This document shows, piece by piece, positions 1 through 8,283 of a stretch of 64,000 nucleotides of DNA. A program made the translations under genes and the position numbers. Position 1 is the first letter of the stretch. Every line of letters starts with the position of its first letter. This DNA comes from Gemmatimonadota bacterium (lineage in GTDB: Bacteria > Gemmatimonadota > Gemmatimonadetes > Gemmatimonadales > GWC2-71-9), in NCBI GenBank assembly GCA_043744895.1, contig JAYTTT010000379.1, forward strand, positions 59,745 through 123,744, given 5' to 3'. The notes under the pieces were generated by a model. It did not search any database, was not told the origin of the DNA, and saw only the letters and a program-made list of their open reading frames with translations.

Positions 1-797
1 TACGCCCCGGTCCGGACCTCGTCGCCGAACCGGCTCACCGCGTCGCGGGTGGCCTGACCCAGTTCCGCATAACGCTTGAGGAACTTGGGGGTAAAGCCTT
101 CGTTGAGACCGAGCAGGTCGTGGAGGACGAGGACCTGGCCGTCGCACTCGGCGCCGGCGCCGATCCCGATCGTCGGAATCGACACGGCTTTGGTGACGGC
201 GGCGCCCACGGGCCCCGGCATCAGCTCGAGCACCATCGCAAACGCGCCGGCCCCCTCGAGTGCGCGAGCGTCGTCGACCAACCGGGCCGCGGCGTCGGGC
301 TGCTTGCCTTGAATCTTGAAGCCGCCGAGTTGGTGGACCGACTGGGGCGTAAAACCCAGATGACCCATCACGGGAATGCCGGCGTTGACCAGCGCGGCGA
401 TGGTCGGAGCCCAGGCCGCACCCCCTTCGAGCTTGACCGCCGCGGCGCCGGTTTCCTTGAGAATCCGGCCGGCGTTCATGATCGCATCGGGAATCGACAC
501 TTGGTAGCTCAGGAACGGCATGTCGACCACCACCAACGCCCGCCGAACACCCCGGCGCACGATGCGGCCATGGTAGATCATCTGCTCAACCGTGGCGGGA
601 ATGGTGGTTTCCTCCCCGGCAAGCACCGGCGCTACGGAATCGCCGACCAGGACGACATCGACGCCGGCCGCATCGACCAGTGCCCCAAACAGCGCGTCAT
701 AGGCCGTGATCATCACGATCTTCCGGCCCTCGCGCTTCATTTTGATCAGTTCGAGCGTGGTCACCCGTTTCCGGGAGTCGGAGAGGTAGTCCGCCAT
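1..797 (-). CDS. panB: 3-methyl-2-oxobutanoate hydroxymethyltransferase (3' end runs off the window)
   Basis: Absent from the ORF track because it is open at the edge. Manual translation from ATG 797 gives MADYLSDSRKRVTTLELIKMKREGRKIVMITAYDALFGALVDAAGVDVVLVGDS (TAYD and LVGDS PanB motifs) and ends ...YAELGQATRDAVSRFGDEVRTGAY. Confidence 0.95.
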   Translation of the reverse strand, partial: MADYLSDSRKRVTTLELIKMKREGRKIVMITAYDALFGALVDAAGVDVVLVGDSVAPVLAGEETTIPATVEQMIYHGRIVRRGVRRALVVVDMPFLSYQVSIPDAIMNAGRILKETGAAAVKLEGGAAWAPTIAALVNAGIPVMGHLGFTPQSVHQLGGFKIQGKQPDAAARLVDDARALEGAGAFAMVLELMPGPVGAAVTKAVSIPTIGIGAGAECDGQVLVLHDLLGLNEGFTPKFLKRYAELGQATRDAVSRFGDEVRTGA

Positions 798-827
798 GAG
801 ATCGGCCTGGTCAGAGAGAGAGTCGGA

Positions 828-1049
828 TCACGGAAACAGGACGTCGCCGGTCGTGGCGTCTTCGACCCGGATGGCACTGGTCGGGCAGAACCGGGCTGCT
901 TTGAGAATGACCGCCTCGGGGGCACCGGCCGGATCGACGACCTCGGACTGGACGTTGTCATTGTGGCGAAAAACGGCCGGTGCCAGGTTCACGCATTGCG
1001 CGTTCCCCACGCAGCAACGGTGATCAACCGTGATCCGAAGCGCCCGCAC
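828..1049 (-). CDS. Small ferredoxin (single cluster, P450-partner type)
   Basis: GTG start after an AGGAGG RBS; ITVDHRCCVGNAQCVNLAPAVF...CPTSAI pattern typical of Fer4_13/15 ferredoxins. Confidence 0.85.
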   Translation of the reverse strand: MRALRITVDHRCCVGNAQCVNLAPAVFRHNDNVQSEVVDPAGAPEAVILKAARFCPTSAIRVEDATTGDVLFP

Positions 1050-2652
1050 CAGAACCTCCTCCTGAAAACGCCGCCGATCCCGTGAGCCTCTTGAGCTCCG
1101 CACCGTACTTCGCCTGCATCGCTCGGTTGCCCGCCGCCCCGGCCGCCCGCATGGCACCGTACAAGGAGCGAAACCGACCCGGCTCCTTCGTCATCGTCCT
1201 CCGATACTCCTCGAGCGCCTCCGCCGGCCGCTTCCGCTCCATCAGCATGTCGCCGAGCAGCTCACGGGCGGGCGCCAGCGGACCCGGGGTGACGGCGCTC
1301 TTTTCGGTCGCGTCCTCGCGGACCGCCGCCTCGCGCATCCGGGCCACCGCCGCGTCGCCCTGACCCACCGCCAACTCGAGCCATGCGCTGGCCCCCAGGC
1401 ACTGGATCGCGACCTGTTCCCCCCAGTACGCCTCGCCGCGTCCCAGCAAGCGATCGCGGATCGCGGCCAGCGAGTCGATCGACGCACGGGCCAACGCCGT
1501 ATCGGCCAGATGACTGGCGCCGAGGGCCCGGGCGAAGAACGTGACGGCCTCGGGGTAGAGGAACGCGCTGGCTTTGGGTTGCAAGGCCGCCGCTTCGGTC
1601 CACGCTCGCCGTTCAAGCGCATAGCGCGCCGGGATCGCCGCCAGCGCAAAGACGCCGGCGGAGCCCGGCGCGGCGCCCGTTACCGCGGCCGGGTCAAAAT
1701 TCGCCTCAAGGGCCGGGAGGCCGGCCACGACCGCCTGGGCTGCCGCGTCGTGCCGCATCTGCAGATCGGCGTAGACCGCGTAATCCGAGGCGTGCAGCGC
1801 TTCGGCCACGGCCGACTCCTTCAGGGCCGCTGCCAGGGAACGCCGGTTCGTGTTGACCGATTCCTGCCACTTTCCCACCCGCGTGAAGGTGTGCGACGGC
1901 ATGTGGAGGGCGTGCGCCGACAACGGCGCAATCCGGGCGTAGCGCTCGGCGGCGGCGGCGGCGCGCGGGGCCAGCGCGGGCACGTCGTAACTGTGAATGA
2001 TGTAATGCGCCAATCCCGGATGATTCGGTTGCTTGGCCCAGATGGCCTCAAGTTCGGCTCCCGCCTTCAGCTGGTTGGCGTACGTCTTGTCCGTGGGCGG
2101 GGCGGCGGAGACGAGCGCGAGCGCATGGAAGATCTTCGCTTCGGTGTCCGCCGGTTCTGCCGCGCTGAGGCTGGCCATGGCTCGCTCATAAGCGGCCACG
2201 CGCATCGGCTGCGGGACGTGCTCATAGTCGTCGAACAGTTTGCTCACCGCCCCGATGTATCCGCGCTCCCGGTCGGTGGCATTCCGGGCAAGGCGGGTTG
2301 CCTCGCCGGCGGCTTGCCGCCCGGATTGGAGCGTGGCCAGCAGCCGCCCGCCCGGCGCCATCGGATTGGTCCACCGGCTGAGCGCGATACCCCAATGGGC
2401 CATCGCGCACGAAGAGTCCGAGGCCAGCACCGCGTTGAATGCCTTGATCGCGTCGCCAAACTCGAACGAATGCAGCAACGCCACCGCCCGGTCGAACTCG
2501 GGGGCAACGTTCCGCAGGCACGACGTCGGGAAATGGACCGTCCCGAGCCCCTCGGCGGGGGCGGCGACGGGCGGGTGTTTCTGAGCGGCAAGCGGCCCAG
2601 GCGAGGACCCTGCTAGCAGAGCGGCGCTGCAGGCAACCAGGAGGCGTCTCAA
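1024..2652 (-). CDS. Secreted TPR-like alpha-helical repeat protein
   Basis: Probable TTG start with signal peptide MRRLLVACSAALLAG; conserved-looking LGTVHFPTSC, ALLHSFEF, HYIIHSYD and HALHMPSHTF segments; Ala-rich helical repeats. Start position uncertain. Confidence 0.7.
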   Translation of the reverse strand: MRRLLVACSAALLAGSSPGPLAAQKHPPVAAPAEGLGTVHFPTSCLRNVAPEFDRAVALLHSFEFGDAIKAFNAVLASDSSCAMAHWGIALSRWTNPMAPGGRLLATLQSGRQAAGEATRLARNATDRERGYIGAVSKLFDDYEHVPQPMRVAAYERAMASLSAAEPADTEAKIFHALALVSAAPPTDKTYANQLKAGAELEAIWAKQPNHPGLAHYIIHSYDVPALAPRAAAAAERYARIAPLSAHALHMPSHTFTRVGKWQESVNTNRRSLAAALKESAVAEALHASDYAVYADLQMRHDAAAQAVVAGLPALEANFDPAAVTGAAPGSAGVFALAAIPARYALERRAWTEAAALQPKASAFLYPEAVTFFARALGASHLADTALARASIDSLAAIRDRLLGRGEAYWGEQVAIQCLGASAWLELAVGQGDAAVARMREAAVREDATEKSAVTPGPLAPARELLGDMLMERKRPAEALEEYRRTMTKEPGRFRSLYGAMRAAGAAGNRAMQAKYGAELKRLTGSAAFSGGGSGAGASDHG

Positions 2653-2949
2653 CCAAACCCCTTCCCCCAGGACACCGGGAGTGACGTGAGCGACCGGAAC
2701 TGGATGCTGGGGATTGTACGCCAACCGTTCCGAAATCGCGAGGCTCCCGCTCGCGGCGGTCGCCGATATTATTGAGGGCGGGTCCCACCAGGAGAATCCA
2801 GGGGCCCTGCCGAGCGCCGGTTTGGGGGAGCTGCTTCTGGCAGGGCTGGCCCCGGTCCGCTAAGCTCCCTCACCGTCCCCCTTCACTCCTGGCTGCAAGG
2901 GCTCAGGAGCCTGCCTGGTAAGACGGCTACCCCCGCGAGAGGGCCCGCC

Positions 2950-3639
2950 ATGGCTGACAGTGAAACACCAGTGACTCTCCCCCCTTGGCTCCGGTGGGTC
3001 CGCCGCCATCGCGACGCGCTCGAGGACGTCGGCAAGATCCTCACGGTCGCGTCGGCGCTGGTCGCATTCGGGGTCTGGATGGACGAGCGCCACGACCGTC
3101 GGCTCGACCGGTTTCTCAAGGAGTGGGAGGTGATCGTCGCCTCCGAAGGCCAACAAGAGAGCGGGGCGCGCGCGGCGGCGCTCGAGGACCTGGTCGAGCA
3201 CGATTTTCCACTCTACGGAGTGAAGCTCCGAGGGGTTCACCTCGAGGATATCAAGATTGCCGGGGCCCGGATGCGCGAAGCGCAACTCAATGGGACCAAT
3301 CTGCGATCGGCGGATCTCTCCGAAGCCGACTTCGAGAAGGCCGACTTGCGCCAGACCGTCCTCGACAGCGCGACCGTGACAGGGGCCCGGTTCGCCGGGG
3401 CCGATCTTCGCCACGCCGGCCTCTCCGGTCTGGTCGGATGGCACCAGATCGCGAGCCTGGCCTGCGCCAACATCTACGGGGTTCGAAACCCGCCCGACGG
3501 CTTTGTCAGGTGGGCGATCGACAGCATGCACGCGGTGGAGGATTCGGCCGCCCACAACGCGGTCCGCGGCGTGCGCAACTCCGACTCGGCCGGGTCGGAT
3601 GCAAACGAAGAAAGCTCTTGCCCGCCGGTGGGTCGTTGA
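2950..3639 (+). CDS. Membrane-anchored pentapeptide-repeat protein
   Basis: N-terminal TM helix (ILTVASALVAFGVW); A(D/N)Lxx repeats (AQLNG TNLRS ADLSE ADFEK ADLRQ). Confidence 0.85.
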   Translation: MADSETPVTLPPWLRWVRRHRDALEDVGKILTVASALVAFGVWMDERHDRRLDRFLKEWEVIVASEGQQESGARAAALEDLVEHDFPLYGVKLRGVHLEDIKIAGARMREAQLNGTNLRSADLSEADFEKADLRQTVLDSATVTGARFAGADLRHAGLSGLVGWHQIASLACANIYGVRNPPDGFVRWAIDSMHAVEDSAAHNAVRGVRNSDSAGSDANEESSCPPVGR

Positions 3640-4371
3640 TCAGGGCAGCAGGGCGAACACCCGGGCGGGGCCACCGCTGCCACCGACGGTATTGATCGGC
3701 GCGACCACGACCGTGAACCCGCGCGGCGGCAACTGGGTCAGGTTCGCCGCGTTCTCGATGTGATAGATCCCGGCCGGGTTGGTAGTCCCGTGGGTCTCGA
3801 ACTTCTGTGACGGTCCGTAGTCGACGCTCGGCGTGTCGATGCCCATCCCGGCGATCTTCCGGTCTCGCAGGTACCCGGCCGCGTCGGGTGCGATGCCGGG
3901 AAAGTGCTTCACGCCGTCGCGGTCATTCAGGTACGCCTTCGGATCGGGCCAGCGGGCATCCCAACCGGTCGCAAACAGCACGATCGCGCCTTCCGGAACG
4001 GGGCCATTCTTGGCTTCCCAGGCTTTCACATCAGCCGCGGTGATCTGGTAGTCGTCCGGCTTGCCGGTCACGGCAACGCAGACCCCGGGGCGGACCAGCC
4101 GATCGGCCGGGATCTGATCGACCGACCAGCGCCCGCCAAAGTGGCTGGGCGCGTCGACGTGGGTGCCGTTGTGCTCCTCGGCCGCGATCCGGCCCATCCG
4201 CGGGGTGCCGGTCCGCTCGAACGCCGGTTTGCCGGACCAGGTCGGATCCGTCGCCGAGAGCGGATGGCCGAGGTCGAGCACGCGGCCGAACGGACTCTGG
4301 CCAAAGCCAGCCGTGGTCGTCATCAGGGAGATCGTGATCGCGAGATGTAAGGCGGCGGCTGAGCGGGTCAT
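3640..4371 (-). CDS. Cyclase family metal-dependent hydrolase (kynurenine formamidase-like), probable signal peptide
   Basis: HNGTHVDAPSH motif, GIDTPSVD, IENAANL and GGSGGPARV C-terminus. Confidence 0.88.
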   Translation of the reverse strand: MTRSAAALHLAITISLMTTTAGFGQSPFGRVLDLGHPLSATDPTWSGKPAFERTGTPRMGRIAAEEHNGTHVDAPSHFGGRWSVDQIPADRLVRPGVCVAVTGKPDDYQITAADVKAWEAKNGPVPEGAIVLFATGWDARWPDPKAYLNDRDGVKHFPGIAPDAAGYLRDRKIAGMGIDTPSVDYGPSQKFETHGTTNPAGIYHIENAANLTQLPPRGFTVVVAPINTVGGSGGPARVFALLP

Positions 4372-4397
4372 CGACGAGCTCCCGGGCTGGGTAGTGG

Positions 4398-5618
4398 TCA
4401 CGCGGTTCCAGGCTCCCATGACACGGGAAGCGATTTGAGCGACCGGAACTGAATGCTCGGCTGATACTCCAGTCGGTCGGTGTCGAGCCGGAGATCCGGA
4501 AACCGTTCCGCCAGCGCCCGAAACACCTCCTGCCCCTCGACCCGCGCCAGCGTGGCCCCGAGACAATAGTGAATGCCCGATCCGAACGAGATGTGGGGAT
4601 TGGGGCTCCGAGAGAGATCGAACCGGTCGGGATCTTCAAAGATCCGCGGATCGCGATTGGCCGAGGCCATGATCCAGCGAATTCGGTCGCCCCGCTTGAT
4701 CTGCTTGCCATGCCGTTCCACATCGGCCGCGGCGATCCGCTGAGTGGACTTGACCGGCGGATCGTAGCGGAGGCACTCCTCGGTGGCGAGCCTGGTTACG
4801 CCGGCGGGATCCGCACACAGCTTGGCCCACTCGTCAGGATGCCGGAGCAGCGCGAGGGTTCCGTTGCAAATCAGGTTCATCGTGGTCTCGTGCCCGGCAA
4901 ACAACAGCAGCGCGCTGTTGACCAGCACCTGATGGCGGGTAAAGACCCCGTCCTTCTCGGCCGCCGCCAGCACCGAGATGAAATCGTTCTCCGGCCGCTC
5001 CGCCCGCTGCCCCACCTTCGGCTCGACGTACGCCATCATGGCGTGAATCCCCTCCATCAGGGGCTTCATCCGGTACGACTCACCGCGGTTGATATAGAGG
5101 AGCTTGTCCGCCAACGCCCGGAGATGCTCCCGGTCCTCGTTCGGAACGCCCATCATCTGGGTGATGATCCGAACCGGCAACGGAGCCCCGAGCGCCTGGA
5201 GCACGTCCATCCCGCCGGCCGGGGCCACCGCATCGAGCAACTCGGCCACCGCGGCGCGCACGAACGGACGCCAGGCTTCCATCGCCGTCGGCGTGAAGTA
5301 CTCGTGGACCGCCTCCCGCATCGGGGTGTGCGCGGGACGGTCCTGCTCTACCAATTGGTCGGACCGGAAGTGGCGAACCTCCTCGAACCGGCCCCGGTCC
5401 TCCGGATCGATCGGCGGGTGGGGCGGCCGCTGATCCGAACCGATCACCGCCGAAGAAAACAGCTCGGGGTGACGGACCAGCCAGACCAAATCGTCGTAAC
5501 CGGTGATGACCCAGAGTTCGGAGCGGGCGTTCCAATGGATCGGATCGGTGTCACGGAGATGGCCGAAGTATCCGTAGGGATCCGCAATGACCTCGGGCGC
5601 GAACAGATCATCGGTCAT
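4398..5618 (-). CDS. Cytochrome P450
   Basis: AGHETT I-helix, ExxR (ECLR) and FGSGIHYCLG haem motif; start overlaps the upstream stop (ATGA). Confidence 0.95.
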   Translation of the reverse strand: MTDDLFAPEVIADPYGYFGHLRDTDPIHWNARSELWVITGYDDLVWLVRHPELFSSAVIGSDQRPPHPPIDPEDRGRFEEVRHFRSDQLVEQDRPAHTPMREAVHEYFTPTAMEAWRPFVRAAVAELLDAVAPAGGMDVLQALGAPLPVRIITQMMGVPNEDREHLRALADKLLYINRGESYRMKPLMEGIHAMMAYVEPKVGQRAERPENDFISVLAAAEKDGVFTRHQVLVNSALLLFAGHETTMNLICNGTLALLRHPDEWAKLCADPAGVTRLATEECLRYDPPVKSTQRIAAADVERHGKQIKRGDRIRWIMASANRDPRIFEDPDRFDLSRSPNPHISFGSGIHYCLGATLARVEGQEVFRALAERFPDLRLDTDRLEYQPSIQFRSLKSLPVSWEPGTA

Positions 5619-6235
5619 GCGGCCCTCCGTTTGGACGACGATCGCGGGGGCCGCCGGCCGGCCCGTGAGGCCCGGGGAGCCAGGACCAGGGTCAGGGTGC
5701 AGAGCTCGCCCTGCGTCGGTTGACGAGCCCGGGTCATGATGGAGACTAACTGGTCGACCAACCCGTTGACCCGCTCGAGGTCCCGGGCCGACAACCACGC
5801 ATGGCGCCGCCCAGCCCAGAGGTTCCGCCGGTCGCCATCGGGGCGGGCTTGGTCGGTGCCCACGGCCGCCTGAAAATCGCGTTCCCCGGTTCGGAGCATC
5901 GACCGCACCAAGCGGGCGAGGGGGTGCTCCCGACCCCTGGCACGGACCGGATAGTCGAGCACGAGGGGGTGGCCGGCCAGATCGTAGACGGCCTCGTCGC
6001 GGCGGCCGGTCCGTCGGGTGGCTCGGATCACCAGGAGGCCGACCCCGACGAGGCGCCTGAGATGGTAGTAGAGCGCATCGGCCGGCCGGCCCATCAACGC
6101 CGAGATTTCGGGCGCCGACCGGGGCCCGGCCGCCTGAATGGTATCGACGATCTCCTGGCGCACGGCCGATTCGAGGGCCGCGATCTGGTCGGCCCGCTTG
6201 ATCCGGTAGGCCCCGGTCCTGCCGCTGCTTGACAT
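5615..6235 (-). CDS. Winged-helix (ArsR/HTH_20-like) transcriptional regulator
   Basis: ALESAVRQEIVDTI...SAPEISALMGRPADALYYHLRRLVGVGLL; divergent from the dehydrogenase gene. Confidence 0.8.
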   Translation of the reverse strand: MSSSGRTGAYRIKRADQIAALESAVRQEIVDTIQAAGPRSAPEISALMGRPADALYYHLRRLVGVGLLVIRATRRTGRRDEAVYDLAGHPLVLDYPVRARGREHPLARLVRSMLRTGERDFQAAVGTDQARPDGDRRNLWAGRRHAWLSARDLERVNGLVDQLVSIMTRARQPTQGELCTLTLVLAPRASRAGRRPPRSSSKRRAA

Positions 6236-6236
6236 A

Positions 6237-6262
6237 GTTGGAATATCGCGCCTCATTTCAAC
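6237..6262. promoter_or_regulatory. Imperfect inverted repeat, candidate operator in the divergent intergenic region
   Basis: GTTGGAAT-N10-ATTTCAAC (7/8 match) directly upstream of the regulator start codon. Confidence 0.45.
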
Positions 6263-6284
6263 ACCGCAAGAGAGGCGTTTTCCG

Positions 6285-7334
6285 ATGAACCCATGGATCG
6301 ATCTCATCAAGGCCTGGCCCGGCGAAGAGGTCGTCGTCCGGTACGACCGGGACGCCGACGCCTGGATGTTCATCGCCATTCACGCCACCCACGGCACCCG
6401 GTCGGTGGGCGGCTGCCGGATGAAGGTGTATCCCAGCCCGGACGAGGGGCTCTGGGACGCGATCCGGCTGGCCGAGGGCATGACGAACAAGTGGGCCGCG
6501 ATCGACGTCAACTACGGCGGCGGCAAGGCGGTCATCGCGTTGTCGCACCCGGTCGCGGGCGAGGCCCGGACGGCCCTGCTCCTCCGGTTCGGCCGGATGA
6601 TCGATTCGCTCAACGGCCGGTACGGTACCGGCCCCGATATCGGGACCACACCCGACGACATGGCCCTGCTCGCAACCGTCACCCGGTACGTCCACTGCTA
6701 CGACTGGAGGGCGCGGGCCCCCTACGACCCGGGGATCTACACGGCGTTAGGCGTCTTCGTTGGAATGAAAGCCGCCTGGCGCCACGTCACCGGTTCCGAC
6801 GACCTCCACGGAGTCCGGGTCCTGGTCCAGGGCGTCGGCGACACCGGGGCGCCGCTGGCCCGCTCACTCACCACGGCGGGTGCCGTCGTGCTCCTCAACG
6901 ACCTCAATGCCGAAAAGCTCGCCGCCCTGGCCACCGAGCTTGGCGCCGAAACGATCGCAACCGACCGAGTCTACGAGACGACTTGTGACATCTACGCTCC
7001 CTGTTCGGTTGGGGCCACGCTCGATGAAACGACCATCCCGAAACTCACCTGCCGGGTGATCGCGGGGGCGGCCAACAATCAGCTCCGAACGCCCGAGGAT
7101 GCCGCCCGGCTCGTGGCCCGGAAGATCCTCTACGCGCCGGATTATGTCGTGAACGGCGCCGGGGCGGTATCGCTGGCGATGGTCGACGAGGGAGCTCCCT
7201 TCGAGGCCATCGAGCAGGCGATTCAGAAGATGGACGCCCGGCTGACCGGAATCTTCACCGAGGCCGGCGCGCGAGGGGAGTCGCCGGTCGAGGCAGCGCG
7301 GCGGATGGTGGAGCGGCGGCTGGTCTTCCGTTGA
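6285..7334 (+). CDS. Glu/Leu/Phe/Val amino-acid dehydrogenase (leucine dehydrogenase-like)
   Basis: GGCRM, GMTNK, GGGKAVI, GPDIGT, QGVGDTG, AGAANNQL and APDYVVNGAG motifs. Confidence 0.92.
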   Translation: MNPWIDLIKAWPGEEVVVRYDRDADAWMFIAIHATHGTRSVGGCRMKVYPSPDEGLWDAIRLAEGMTNKWAAIDVNYGGGKAVIALSHPVAGEARTALLLRFGRMIDSLNGRYGTGPDIGTTPDDMALLATVTRYVHCYDWRARAPYDPGIYTALGVFVGMKAAWRHVTGSDDLHGVRVLVQGVGDTGAPLARSLTTAGAVVLLNDLNAEKLAALATELGAETIATDRVYETTCDIYAPCSVGATLDETTIPKLTCRVIAGAANNQLRTPEDAARLVARKILYAPDYVVNGAGAVSLAMVDEGAPFEAIEQAIQKMDARLTGIFTEAGARGESPVEAARRMVERRLVFR

Positions 7335-7396
7335 GATCAGTACGCTCAAGACGACATCCGCTAGGCGCTTCCCACCAGAAACCTTATCTTAGGCCT

Positions 7397-8200
7397 ATGG
7401 CTTTCGGTCGAATCCTGGATCGACTTCCGCGCTGGCCTGTCGTCGGCCTGTTCTTCCTCCTGCCGACGGCGGCAGTCGGCCAGGCAAGGGGTGGCGGACA
7501 GACGCGTCCGGCGGCGATGTCATCCGAGGACGAGTGGTCGATCCGGCTTGCCAATGTGGTCAACTTCGTCCGGTTGGTCGAGGTGGCCGTGCTCCTCGTC
7601 GGTGTTTATCAGCTCTGGGCCCGCCGCGATGAACGCCGCCAGGCCGAGGAAAAGGCCGACCGTCTTGCCCGCAAGACCGCCAACTATGAGGCCTGGCAGG
7701 TGATCAACAGTTCCCAGGGCAAGGGCGGAAGCGGTGGCCGGGTGGACGCGCTGCAGGACCTGATTCAGGCCGACATCTCACTGGCGGGCGTCCGCCTCGA
7801 CGGTGCCTGGCTCGAAGGCGTCAGGCTCACCGGCGGCCAGCTCCGGTACGCCAGCCTCCGAGAAACCAATCTCCACGGCGCCAACTTGCAGGATGCCAAC
7901 CTCGAGGGCGCCGACCTCACCGACGCCAACCTCACCGGTGCCGACCTCCGCGGCGTATTCCTCAAGGGCGCCATCCTGAAAGGCGCCCAGCTGGGTACCG
8001 CGGATCTGCGGGGGGCGGATCTGACCGGAATCCGCGACTGGCAGGCCATCAAGAGCGCGAGCTATCTCAACATCGACGGGGTCCGCAACGCGCCGGCCAA
8101 TTTCCGGGAATGGATGATCTCCCACGGGGCGGTGGACGCCACGACGGCTCCACCCGACGACGTGGACGACTCGTTCTCCACCGTGTGGCGGGCCGTCTAG
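7397..8200 (+). CDS. Membrane-anchored pentapeptide-repeat protein (paralog of 2950..3639)
   Basis: TM helix, AWQVINSSQGKGGSGGRVDALQDL, then ANLQD ANLEG ADLTD ANLTG ADLRG repeats. Confidence 0.85.
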   Translation: MAFGRILDRLPRWPVVGLFFLLPTAAVGQARGGGQTRPAAMSSEDEWSIRLANVVNFVRLVEVAVLLVGVYQLWARRDERRQAEEKADRLARKTANYEAWQVINSSQGKGGSGGRVDALQDLIQADISLAGVRLDGAWLEGVRLTGGQLRYASLRETNLHGANLQDANLEGADLTDANLTGADLRGVFLKGAILKGAQLGTADLRGADLTGIRDWQAIKSASYLNIDGVRNAPANFREWMISHGAVDATTAPPDDVDDSFSTVWRAV

Positions 8201-8283
8201 CCGCCCTCGAGAACGGAGAACCGGTGGTTGGACTGCGCTATTCTTCCGGTCGCCAACAGTGGCTTTCTCTGCGCAGGAACCCA

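Noticed and set aside
120-1085. 321-aa plus-strand ORF and the many other long antisense ORFs (e.g. 1510..2616, 22224..24137, 42168..43763, 47122..48825)
   Set aside because: Shadow frames of motif-bearing genes on the opposite strand, expected at high GC; no recognisable motifs.
2950-8200. Pentapeptide-repeat proteins as Qnr/MfpA quinolone-resistance genes
   Set aside because: They have TM helices and short repeat tracts, unlike soluble full-length Qnr proteins.
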